Positions 38,628 to 49,100 of a stretch of DNA of 64,000 bases are shown one piece after another (positions within the stretch are counted from its first letter, which is position 1; each line of letters starts with the position of its first letter). Made by a program: the position numbers and the translations under genes. Location of the stretch: the IMG/VR virus record IMGVR_UViG_3300036944_000550, positions 1 through 64,000 of that record. One strand, 5' to 3'. Source of the stretch: a virus. The notes below the pieces were generated by a model. That model did no database searches. It saw nothing but the letters and a program-made list of their open reading frames with translations, and was not told the origin of the DNA.

Positions 38628-40406
38628 TTATACGGTGCGAACCCAAAGTTTTATGGTCGATACAGTTTCTTTAGTTGCGATCACTGTCGCACCCGAGAAG
38701 TTGCTTGAATATGTTCCACTAAAGTTACTGGCATAATTTCCTGTATAGTTTCTAGAACCTGAATAATATCCAGTGTAGTTTCCTGTAAAGAATCCAGTGT
38801 AGTTACCAGTATATGTTGCAGTTCCTGCAAAGAACCCAGTATAAAACCCTGTAAAGAACCCAGTGTAAGTACCCGTATATGTTGCAGTTCCTGCGTAAGC
38901 ACCTGTAAAGAATCCAGTATAATTACCAGAATATGTTCCAGTGTAAGTTGCTGGTCCAACATAGTTACCAGTAAAGAATCCTAAGTATGTACCGAGATAT
39001 GTTCCATTATAGTTACCTGCATAGTTTCTAGAACCAGAATAGGTGCCGAGATAGTTGCCGGAGAAGTTACCTAGATAGTTACCTGAGAAGTTGCCCGTAT
39101 AAGTTCCAAGATAGTTACCCTGGAAATTTCCATTAAGGAATCCGCCAAAGAATCGTGCATATGTTCCGAGATAGTTACCAGAGAAACCTTGCGAGTAAGT
39201 TCCTGTGAAGTTTCGCGAATATGTTCCGAGATAGTTTCCAGCATAGTTACCTGCATAGTTTCTAGAACCAGCATAATTTCCTGAGTAGTTTTTACTGAAG
39301 TTACTGGTGTAGTTACCAGAATAACCAGCAGTCCCTACAAAGTTACCAACATAGTTTCCACTGAAACCTCTCGAGTAAGTACCTGAATAGTTTGCTGGAC
39401 CAACATAACCGCCACTAAAGTTGTTTGCGAATGCTCCAGAATATGCTGCGGAATAGTTTGCTGGACCCACGAAACCGCCACTAAAATTGTTTGCGAATGC
39501 CCCAGTATATGTCCCAGCATATGCTGCAGAATAGTTTCTTGAACCTGAGAAGGTGCCGAGATAGTTACCCGAGAAGTTACCCAGATAGTTCTGTGGTGTT
39601 ACTTGCTCTCTGGTATCAGCAAACTCATCACCCATCGCAACCCAAGTACCACTCACTGGTGCTGTAGATTGAACCTTATATGTGCCGATTCCCGTGTCAA
39701 TAATTCTGTTTCTAAAACTCGGAAGCATCTGTAGGATTTCAGAAGATGACATTTCTTTGACATCTTTGGTATCAATCAGTTTTAGTGGTTTGAGATTAGA
39801 GTCTGACAATGTAGTTGCAGCAGTTTTCTGCCATAGATATGTTACTGTGTTGCCGCCATTAGCAACATCAGTTAATGTGTATCGAGCAACCCATGTACCA
39901 CCTGATGGAGCAGTTGGTTGTAGTTTATATTGCCCAGCAGTATATGTGGTCTCGGTGATCATCGCATTGATTGCATAATCTAAGATTTCACTATCAATTT
40001 GACCATCGGACATTTCTTTAATACCATCGTCATATTTCAACGGACGATTGGTAATGCTTTCTGCCGCAGCAGCAGTAACCTGTTTTGCAGTGTATGTGAC
40101 AACATTCGCATTTGCCATGTATGTACCAGAAGCGTCCGTATAAGCCGTACCAACTGCATCTGCTGGATGAGTTCCTGTCGCCGCTTGAAGATCTGTGTCA
40201 ACAAACGTGCCGATCGAAGTACCAGAACCACTGTTGTTTGTTGTGATGTTGATTTCAGCAGTGCCAGTACCATCTGAGTTTGCGCCGAAAGAAACTGTCA
40301 GAGTTTGTGCAATGTAATTCTTTACTTCATCGACAGACATCTGTTGTAGACCCTGCCAGTTTACAGCAGAAACTGGTGTTGCCGAAGATTTATTTCTCAA
40401 AACCAT
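38628..40406 (-). CDS. virion protein with a 300 aa x-[YF]-x-G repeat insert (paralogue A)
   Basis: N-terminal domain paralogous to 40409..42442; repeat region 38691-39590; shared C-terminus ATKETVS..KLW.RT. Confidence 0.8.
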   Translation of the reverse strand: MVLRNKSSATPVSAVNWQGLQQMSVDEVKNYIAQTLTVSFGANSDGTGTAEINITTNNSGSGTSIGTFVDTDLQAATGTHPADAVGTAYTDASGTYMANANVVTYTAKQVTAAAAESITNRPLKYDDGIKEMSDGQIDSEILDYAINAMITETTYTAGQYKLQPTAPSGGTWVARYTLTDVANGGNTVTYLWQKTAATTLSDSNLKPLKLIDTKDVKEMSSSEILQMLPSFRNRIIDTGIGTYKVQSTAPVSGTWVAMGDEFADTREQVTPQNYLGNFSGNYLGTFSGSRNYSAAYAGTYTGAFANNFSGGFVGPANYSAAYSGAFANNFSGGYVGPANYSGTYSRGFSGNYVGNFVGTAGYSGNYTSNFSKNYSGNYAGSRNYAGNYAGNYLGTYSRNFTGTYSQGFSGNYLGTYARFFGGFLNGNFQGNYLGTYTGNFSGNYLGNFSGNYLGTYSGSRNYAGNYNGTYLGTYLGFFTGNYVGPATYTGTYSGNYTGFFTGAYAGTATYTGTYTGFFTGFYTGFFAGTATYTGNYTGFFTGNYTGYYSGSRNYTGNYASNFSGTYSSNFSGATVIATKETVSTIKLWVRTV

Positions 40407-40408
40407 GT

Positions 40409-42442
40409 TTATGCTGTCCTTATCCACAATTTAACAGATGACACTGTTTCTTTAGTTGCTTGTATTGTTGCGCCGGAATATGTTCCTATAAAGTTATTTA
40501 TATAACTCCCCAAGTAATTTCCAGTGTAATTTGTTGTTCCAGTGTAAAAACCAGTATATGCTATTCCTACGCCAGTGAAATACCCTGTATAGGTTCCAGT
40601 GTACGCTGTTCCAGTAAAGGTTGCAGAATATGGAGTTCCTGGAGTTCCGCTGAAAAACCCTGAGTACGCTGGTCCTGGACCAGTATAGAATCCAGTATAT
40701 GAAGTTCCTGGACCACTGAAAAACCCTGAGTACGCTGGTCCTGGACCAGTATAGAATCCAGTATATGAAGTTCCTGGACCTGTAGGTCCAGTATAAGTTC
40801 CTGCATACGGCTGACCATATGATGGACCTGCTGGATTCGAGTATGATGGACCTGCTGGATTCGAATATGATGGACCAGCTGGGTTTGATCCTGCAGGTGT
40901 AGAATATGATGGCGGTCCCGCATAGAATCCAGTGTAATATGCCTTGTCATAACCAGTGACAAAATACAGGGAAGGGCCTTGGAAATTTCCTGCATAACCT
41001 AAATTTGATGCATAGAATCCAGCATAATTTTGTGGTGCCGAAAACTCTCCTATGTAAACTTCTCCAGGTTCATTTGGAGCGATAGGTATCTCAAAGTATC
41101 CAGTATAGTTGAGACCTGGACCTGTATAAAACCCAGTATAGTTTGCAGCAAAGATACCACTAGTATAATATACTACCTGTTCTCTTTGGGGCGGAGGACC
41201 ATCGTAATTCCCTCCATAACTGCCAGTATATGGTGTTGAATATGATGGACCTGCTGGATTATTACCTGCTGGATTCGAGTATGATGGACCTGCTGGATTC
41301 GAATATGATGGACCAGCAGGTGTAGAATAAAATGGACCACCTATGTAATTACCAGTATAATTTGCTCCTGGATTTGCTGGACCCGTATAAGTTAATCCAG
41401 TATAATTAGTAGTACTAGAAAAATTACCAGTATAATTGCTGGACCCTGTATAGGTTGTTCCAGTATATGCTAAAGGAGAGGAAAAAGATCCAGTATAATT
41501 GCTGGAAGTACTATAGGTTGTTCCAGTATATGGGGAACTATAAGCAGGTCCAGTAAAATTACTGCTGTAATTTCCTGATGCAGAATAAGGCGCAGAATAT
41601 GGAAAAGGACCAGTATAATTACCAGTATAATTACCAGTATAATTACTACTGTAATTACCAGCGTAGTTCTGTGGCGTTACTTCTTCGCGAGTATCCGTGA
41701 ATGTGTTACCTGTTTGAACCCAAGTGCCGCCACTAGGCGCATCTGATTGGATTTTATAAGTTCCGATACCTGTTTCAATAATTCTATTTCTAAAGACTGG
41801 AAGCATCTGTTCGATTTCTGCTTCAGTCATCTGCTTGCAGTTACCACCATTAAACGTTCTTAGTGGTGTGAGATCCGCTGTTGGTAGTGAAGATGAAACT
41901 GTTTTCTGCCACAGATATGTTACAGTGTTTCCACCTTGTGCTGTATCTGTTAATGTATACCGCGAAACCCAAGTTCCGCCTGATGGTGCAGTTGCTTGCA
42001 GTTTATATTGTCCAGCAGTATATGTTGATTCAGATACCATTGCATTAATACACAGATCCATTGTGCTATCAATGTCACCATCTACCATTTCTTCTAGACG
42101 AGAATCCCATGCTAATGGTCTGTTGGTAATACTTTCCACTGCTGCAGCAGTAACCTGTTTAGCAGTGTATGTTGTTGTAGAAACTGCACCAGTAGCAGGA
42201 TGCGTTCCGATAGATTCGGTTCTTGTCGTATCGACAAACGTACCGATCAAAGTTCCTGCACCTGAGTTATTTGTAGTAATATTAATTTCAGCAGTTCCAG
42301 TACCATCTGTTACTGCAGCAAACTTTTCTGTGATAACATTAGCAATATAATTTTTTACCTCTGCATCGGTCATGGTCTGCAAACCGCTGATGTTTGCAGA
42401 AGTGATTGGGGAACCTGTTGCCTTGACCTTTAGAGGGTTCAT
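40409..42442 (-). CDS. virion protein with a ~400 aa Tyr/Gly/Pro repeat insert (paralogue B)
   Basis: Same N- and C-terminal scaffold as paralogue A; repeat region 40472-41668. Confidence 0.8.
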   Translation of the reverse strand: MNPLKVKATGSPITSANISGLQTMTDAEVKNYIANVITEKFAAVTDGTGTAEINITTNNSGAGTLIGTFVDTTRTESIGTHPATGAVSTTTYTAKQVTAAAVESITNRPLAWDSRLEEMVDGDIDSTMDLCINAMVSESTYTAGQYKLQATAPSGGTWVSRYTLTDTAQGGNTVTYLWQKTVSSSLPTADLTPLRTFNGGNCKQMTEAEIEQMLPVFRNRIIETGIGTYKIQSDAPSGGTWVQTGNTFTDTREEVTPQNYAGNYSSNYTGNYTGNYTGPFPYSAPYSASGNYSSNFTGPAYSSPYTGTTYSTSSNYTGSFSSPLAYTGTTYTGSSNYTGNFSSTTNYTGLTYTGPANPGANYTGNYIGGPFYSTPAGPSYSNPAGPSYSNPAGNNPAGPSYSTPYTGSYGGNYDGPPPQREQVVYYTSGIFAANYTGFYTGPGLNYTGYFEIPIAPNEPGEVYIGEFSAPQNYAGFYASNLGYAGNFQGPSLYFVTGYDKAYYTGFYAGPPSYSTPAGSNPAGPSYSNPAGPSYSNPAGPSYGQPYAGTYTGPTGPGTSYTGFYTGPGPAYSGFFSGPGTSYTGFYTGPGPAYSGFFSGTPGTPYSATFTGTAYTGTYTGYFTGVGIAYTGFYTGTTNYTGNYLGSYINNFIGTYSGATIQATKETVSSVKLWIRTA
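40650..40780. repeat. near-exact 66 bp tandem duplication
   Basis: ctgaaaaaccctgagtacgctggtcctggaccagtatagaatccagtatatgaagttcctggacc occurs twice, starting at 40650 and 40716. Confidence 0.9.
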
Positions 42443-42443
42443 T

Positions 42444-42926
42444 TTAGTTTAACCTGTTACCACTCGAGTCATATACAATTAAATTAGTTACACGATACCA
42501 ATCTACGGCATCTTGTGCAATCAATTCAACAGATGAATATGGTGATAGATTAACACCAACGTTGACAGTTCCACCGTCAATGACATCTGAAGTATTTGGA
42601 TACACCTTAATGGTAACTGCTGTGGTATTGATAACCTTGATGGTCAAACCAGCGGCAGCAGTCGGGAGTTTTACACCTTGATTTGCTGTTGCTGTTGTGA
42701 TCATGTTGACAGTTTTTGTCAGCGCAGTAGCATCACCTTGAGTGGTTCCTGCTGCTGTAACTGTGCCTGCGACCGATTTGGTCAGGGTTCCGGTAAGTGT
42801 TAAATCTGCAAAAGAAGGACTAGCGCCAGATTCATACTTATCTGTATTCAAATTGCTGAAGTTATTATCAACTTCAGTATTCGTCAGCGGAGTCCCCTTT
42901 ACAGATCTAAGGGTAAGAGTGCTCAT
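42444..42926 (-). CDS. virion structural protein
   Basis: LTLRSVKGTPLTNTEVDNNF fibre-type N-terminus; ends VYDSSGNRLN. Confidence 0.7.
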   Translation of the reverse strand: MSTLTLRSVKGTPLTNTEVDNNFSNLNTDKYESGASPSFADLTLTGTLTKSVAGTVTAAGTTQGDATALTKTVNMITTATANQGVKLPTAAAGLTIKVINTTAVTIKVYPNTSDVIDGGTVNVGVNLSPYSSVELIAQDAVDWYRVTNLIVYDSSGNRLN

Positions 42927-42932
42927 GCGTTT

Positions 42933-43148
42933 TTATCCTTGTTTCTGTAGTATTTTTGTTAGTAAGTTTTTAATCTCAATCATTTCATCCTTAAGATTAT
43001 TTATATCGTCTCCATATGATTCTATTTGCTTCATATGTTGTTTACGAGACTTATATGCATGCAGAGCAGGCAGGTCATTCGAAAGTATTGCCTTCGAATG
43101 ACCATCACGTTCATACTTTGTTGTATCAGTTAGTTTAATTCTTGTCAT
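42933..43148 (-). CDS. small coiled-coil protein typically downstream of the giant baseplate protein
   Basis: RD..SKAIL..D...Y, INNLKDEM.EIK.LL. Confidence 0.7.
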   Translation of the reverse strand: MTRIKLTDTTKYERDGHSKAILSNDLPALHAYKSRKQHMKQIESYGDDINNLKDEMIEIKNLLTKILQKQG

Positions 43149-43149
43149 A

Positions 43150-46100
43150 TTACACCTGCAACGCAATCGCTCTTAGTTCTCTCACGCGAGGAACGACAGA
43201 ACTATTTGTTGATAGAGGAATAACCTTTACTGCGAAACTTTTATATCCGCTGTAAGTAGCACTTCCTACTGTGTATTCAAGAACTCCAGCATTTTTATTT
43301 GCTGTCGGTATGGTATACTGATATTCAACATAACCAGATTTTGCTGTGGTGCTAAGAGGTGGATTTACTGCCTCTAATTCGATCCAAGCAAGATCATCAA
43401 AGTTCGAGGGATCTGTTGCTTCTTGGAATTTACCATATACCTTAACATCACAACCAACAGGAATCTGATTGCTCAAATATACCTTTAGATCTTCTGCATC
43501 TTGACCATCATCAAGAACAACCCTACGAGAGATATACTTAGAAGCAGCGGAACCGTTGTTTCCAGTTTCAGTAGTAGTAAGATTATTTACATCATTGGCA
43601 ATTGCGATTATAGAACATTTTCTAGTATCGATTACAGGCGAAACAGTTGATGTTTGTGTCATCATACCTGCTCTAACTGTCAGAGATTTATCACCATCCA
43701 AATCTGTTTGTTCATTTGAGTACGAATAGATTTGTGCTTCATATGATAACTCATACTCCTGCCCGAAATTGATTCCCTCAAACGTAGTTCCGCCAGCACC
43801 TGCACCAGTTGCAGTTGGTGCAACTGACCAAGAAATTGTTGCAGGAGTATGATCAATAGAACCGATATTGGTTTCAAGGACATTAAGTTGCTTATTTTCG
43901 ATTTCTGTGATTTCAGCATAAGATGTACCGTTACCAATAATATCAGCAGCAGTGAATGAACCCAGATTTACTAGAATCTTACCTACATTGTATAGGGAAT
44001 CATATTGTTTAACAAATCCTCTATTCAAAGTTACTGCTACTGCTGCAGCAGAACCACTACCACTCGAGATAGTTAGTCTTGGATTGGATGTGGTCACATA
44101 TGTCAGACCTGTCAACGTACCAGCAGTAGTTACGATTGCTGCACCGCCAGAAGTTTGAAGAGTGAATCCAGTAACATTTGGTGACGTTCCAGTTACTGCA
44201 GAAACTTTGTAGACAGTTCCTGATGTGTATCCAGTAATGGTGCCTGTACCTGCACGAGTACCAGTAATTGTTACAGTATCACCAACAGATAGCGACGATG
44301 CGCCACAAGTAAACTGCCCAGCAGTACCAGAAGTAGCAACAGTCGCTGCCAGAGTTCCAGTCGTTGTATTATATCCCGCTCCTGGATTTATAACTGCAAC
44401 ATTTGTTACTGATCCGCCTGCGATTGTTACCGCAACAGTTGCATTTGTAGTAGCACCACCACCTGAAAGAGTATGTGTAATAGTTCCGTTCGTATAACCA
44501 GTACCTGCATTCGTAATATTGAAGGAGAATCCGTGAATTACATCACCTGCTTCAAAGTTTCCGTTCGTAAACGAATCGAATTTCAGGAAGTCGACATCCA
44601 TGTTTCTCATCACAAGCGAACCAACTGTATTGATTTCAAAGTTTGCACGACGTAACGTAAACTTAATATCTTCTGCTTGGTGTGCTGTCCAAGATCTATC
44701 ATTTGCAGATGTAAATAGAAGACCTACGTGTGGTTGCTCAGAAATTCTATTCTCTGTGCCGAGTTCGTTCTCGCCCAATTCAGAAACCCAAATATTATAA
44801 TCTGGATTATTACCTGCAGGAAGAAGAACAAAACAGTATTCCGTATTGTTCTGAAGATATACAGGTGATGGGAAAGTGAATGTTGTTGCAGTTGCAGCGG
44901 TTTCACTCACAGAAACGTCAGCAGGATTTAGTGTTACTTCACCAAACGGAATAACTCTATTACCAGGATATCCATTTACCACTTCTCTTAGTTGGAGAGT
45001 AATTGGTGCACTAGATGACTTGGTTCTGAAATATACATCAAGATTGGTAGCATAACAACCGAATGGCATACCTTCGACATAGAAGGTCTGTGCAATAGGA
45101 TCTCGTCCTCGAACTGGTGGCGCGCAAGGATTTACTGTGTTACAAATTTCAGGAAGTGATATTGTTTCAAAACTTCCAAAAACGAGACCACCGAAACCAC
45201 CGAAACCACCTATTTGAATTTCTTGTGCAGGCGTGCAAGTTGTTACTGGTTCGCAAGGATTTGGAGTTGGAGTTTCGGCAACGGGCACGACAGGTGCGGT
45301 TGGTGTTGGTGGTGGAGTTGGTGTAATAACAGGAGGATCTGCAACAACAACTGGCGGTAACGTAGGAGGAGGAGGTGTTCCTGGTGGTGGTGGAGGAGGT
45401 GGCGGAGGAGGTGGTGTAATCACGGTATTTTCAATATTTGTTATGTTATTAACCGTCGTAAATGTATTATTTACTGTTGTTTGGACAACACCAACATTTC
45501 TATCTGCTAATCTATTTTCAGTAGTAGATGTTTCAAATACTGATCTTGAATCAGAAACATTGTTGATCGCCACGTTAGCAACACGAGTCGATACGACTGT
45601 GTCTTGGACAGATTGTGACAATCCATTTGCTGACCATGTTTGCGTGGACGCAGTTGTTATGAACGTATCGCGGTTAAATTCATCATCACAGAGACGGAAA
45701 TTCTTATCACCAGTACGGAATGTTGCTGCTGGAATTCTAAATTGTCCTACGCAAATACCCTGAGCATTTGTAATTAGCGAGGCACCATAAGCACCCGAAT
45801 TGCCAGCAATCGCATATGAAGAATACGCTGCAGGATCCGTTGGTGGAATATCCGTAGTTGGATCAAAACTCAGTGGTCTACAATGTGTCGCAACACCAAT
45901 ACCATCAAAGAATGGGAATACTCGTGTATTTGGTTTCATTCTTTTTGCGATGAAGGTTATGACAACTGACCGCATGAACGGAATGATGGAAGTATCTGTT
46001 ACGCGAGCACCAATTCTCTGACTTTGCGTTTCCGGAGTTACTGAAATAGAAACACCTTGACGAGTTTGGCGCTGTTCGGTGGTAGTAGTTATAACTTGTG

Positions 46101-49100
46101 TTTGTTCTTGGAATAGTGTATCACCACGTATTTGTGTATTACCAGCGACAGTTTGTGAGGTTTGTCCTGTGGCAGTTCTTCCAGTTACTACATCTTGCCA
46201 ATCACCATACTGAGTTCCCCATGCATCTGCCATGGTTTCCCAAGCATCATAATTTCCATCGAAGTTTACACTTACATCTGGTTGCATTGAGGTATCCGTC
46301 CAGTTATCAACTGGTGGATCTAGTTCCATATTTCCGATGTAGTTAAAGAGTAACTCCCCGACACAATTTCTCGGTTTAGAGGCCGATGTATTTTCTGTCA
46401 TCATGATATTAGTATACGGGAGGGTTATCAAGTCGCCCGTCTTATATACGTTTGTTGAGTTGGTATAATCAAAAGCGAGATCGATATTTTCTAGATAGAA
46501 GAAAGGACGCAGTTCTTTTTTTACTGGATCAATTGAGATATGATATGCACTATCAAAAACATTACCGATATTATGTCCAGTAAACGCATCAACTAGGATA
46601 CCGTTTTTAAAACGATCAAGTCCAGAACCATCAGGTATAGACAAATCACTGGCCGCTTTTTCTAATAGCGTCAACGATGTATAATACTCAAGACGGTTGA
46701 TTCGTTGTTCTAGAACACCGATGTCGCGCATAGTATATCGACGATTATCAATGCTTCGGAATGTCACACCATAATCTGGACGATTTACGCTCTTCGCAAC
46801 ATTAGGAGCGAGTGATGGATATGGTGGAATTGTTATGATTGCCAGTGACATGCAATTATCTGGTTCAGCAGGAATTCCAGGAATCAGTGATGGTGTACCA
46901 TATATCGTACTGAATACACCTTCGGAGTCAATGATCAGTCGATCTGTTCTTCCGAGATAATACTCTAGATCAGTAATAAACTGTTCGGTTGGAACTGGAT
47001 TTGTGATACCAACGGAAGGAGCAGATAAGGTTGTGCTCTCAGTAGGATTAGTTGTTGCAGATCCTACAGTGGTAGAATTCGCTGCAGAATCTGCATAACG
47101 AACACGGAAATCTAAAGTATCACGCAAGTCAAATGATTCACCTGTCAGCGGCGATCTATAAATTGGAATATCCTGCGTCTTAATTGTTCCTGCGGCCGCA
47201 CCAGTATCATCAATCGGATATGAGTCAACAACAAAGAAAGTACCGTCTGCAGAAGCACCATCGTGGGTGAAGAAATCTAATTTGATAACCAATTTCTTAT
47301 TCGTAAGTGACGGTGCACTAGGTTTCTTGATAATTTTGGCATTGCGATATTCATTATCACGTTGACCATTATCGAGAGTAAACGAAGAAGCAATGTCTAC
47401 ACCAGCAGCAACTACTGCAGCATCAGTATCAGTATTAGCACCAATAAAAATATTTTTAATTTGATACACATCTGACAGACCAAGTGAATACGTACCAGTA
47501 TTTGTTGATGGGTGGGTATTCGTATTGATAATTGCGTAACGATCTTCACGAAGAACCTTTAAAATAGGTTGCGCATTAGCAGTCTGAACATTTACATAAA
47601 GTTTAACCTGCTTTGGTGCAGCGGCAAGACTTCCTGTAAGATCAATAGTGATTGATTGTGCCGAGTTCTTTGTGAATGTTGCCTCAACCGTAGTAAGATT
47701 AATTATCGATCCAATTGGACGACTATCACCATCAATGGTAGCCGCTTCTTTCATCACCATAGTGAAATTATTGTTTCTGATTGTATTAGTAAACGAATCA
47801 TATGGGAAAGTTTCGTCACCACTTAGAGTTATGGTAACTCCACCAGTAATGCTTAATTCACCGTCGAATTCTTTGGTGTAGATAAATGAGTTATCATAAA
47901 CTGCACTGGGAGCAATAGTTTTCGTTGCTCGAGCAGGAATTCTATATAGAGATTTGTTGAAACTTGTTTCTTGTAGAACAGCATTACCACCTACGAGAAC
48001 AATATCGGCATGACCATCAGCAGTATCATTATAGAAGATACCGCGAACATCCTTAAAATCTCCACTTGACATTGCAATGTCATAGAGATATAAACGATAT
48101 TCTGCCGCAGCAGTTCCAACTGTTCCAGATTCATATACAATCTGTTTTACGCGAGCAGTACCAACCTGAGATCCCGCTGCAGCAGTTGCAGAAAATGTAG
48201 TTGCAGTGATTGCTCCTGCTGCTATACTGCGAAGACTGACTTTATCGCCAGTGTTTAAATCCCACATCCCGCAGAATTCGTCTACGAGAATATAGTTACC
48301 ATACGCAGTACTAATTGGAATTTCTTGTTGATTTACTGTTGTCAATCCCTTTGGAACAACAACGTATTCTGTTTGGAATGTTTCATGCTCATATCCGCGA
48401 ACATATGCTTTACCTGCTTCAAGACCGATAGCAAGAAGATCTTTGCTACCACCACGTTCTGGATCGACAGTGTTTAGTGTTCGTAAACCATTGTTATCGT
48501 CAACATTAAGATGCTCTTTAATCAAAACAGGGAATTGTCTTACTGCATAATTACCTGACTCGTCATATGTGCGTCTCGCCATGTTCTTACCGAGTTCGCC
48601 ATAGATATTTGCAGTGTAAATTCTTTGGACTTCTCCACTTATGATTTCAACCAATTGGTTAAACGTGGGAGGAATTGTGTCAGTTGATTCATATGCAACA
48701 AGCGTAGTTGTTACTTGGTATCTATCTGCCCCTGGAGCAGCATAGTTGAAAGATCCTTGTGCAGGATCTAGTAAAGTTTGATCATCTTCAGCAGAAACTG
48801 TATCTTCTACGATCTGGAATCCAACCTTTACAGATGGTAGATTGGAATACTTAGAAAGTATGATTGTTTGTGTTTCGTGATTGACGAATTTACCATCAAT
48901 ATACACAATACCGTCATCAACAGTCAACGCAGAAGCAAGACCCCAATAACTGTTAGTTGGTTCTGCTTCATCATATGTGGTATCAACAACAAATGTATCA
49001 CCGTTTCTGCCCGCAGTCGTGGAAGTTACAGTAAGAGTTTCACCCCCTGTGAAGTGAACCGCAGTCGTAGATCCATCACCGCTTGTATAGCGAAGATATA

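Noticed and set aside
38691-41668. Repeat regions as a CRISPR array, ice-nucleation protein or collagen
   Set aside because: The repeats are degenerate in-frame coding units without constant repeat/unique spacer structure; they lack the 16-residue AGYGSTxTA period and the Gly-X-Y triplet period
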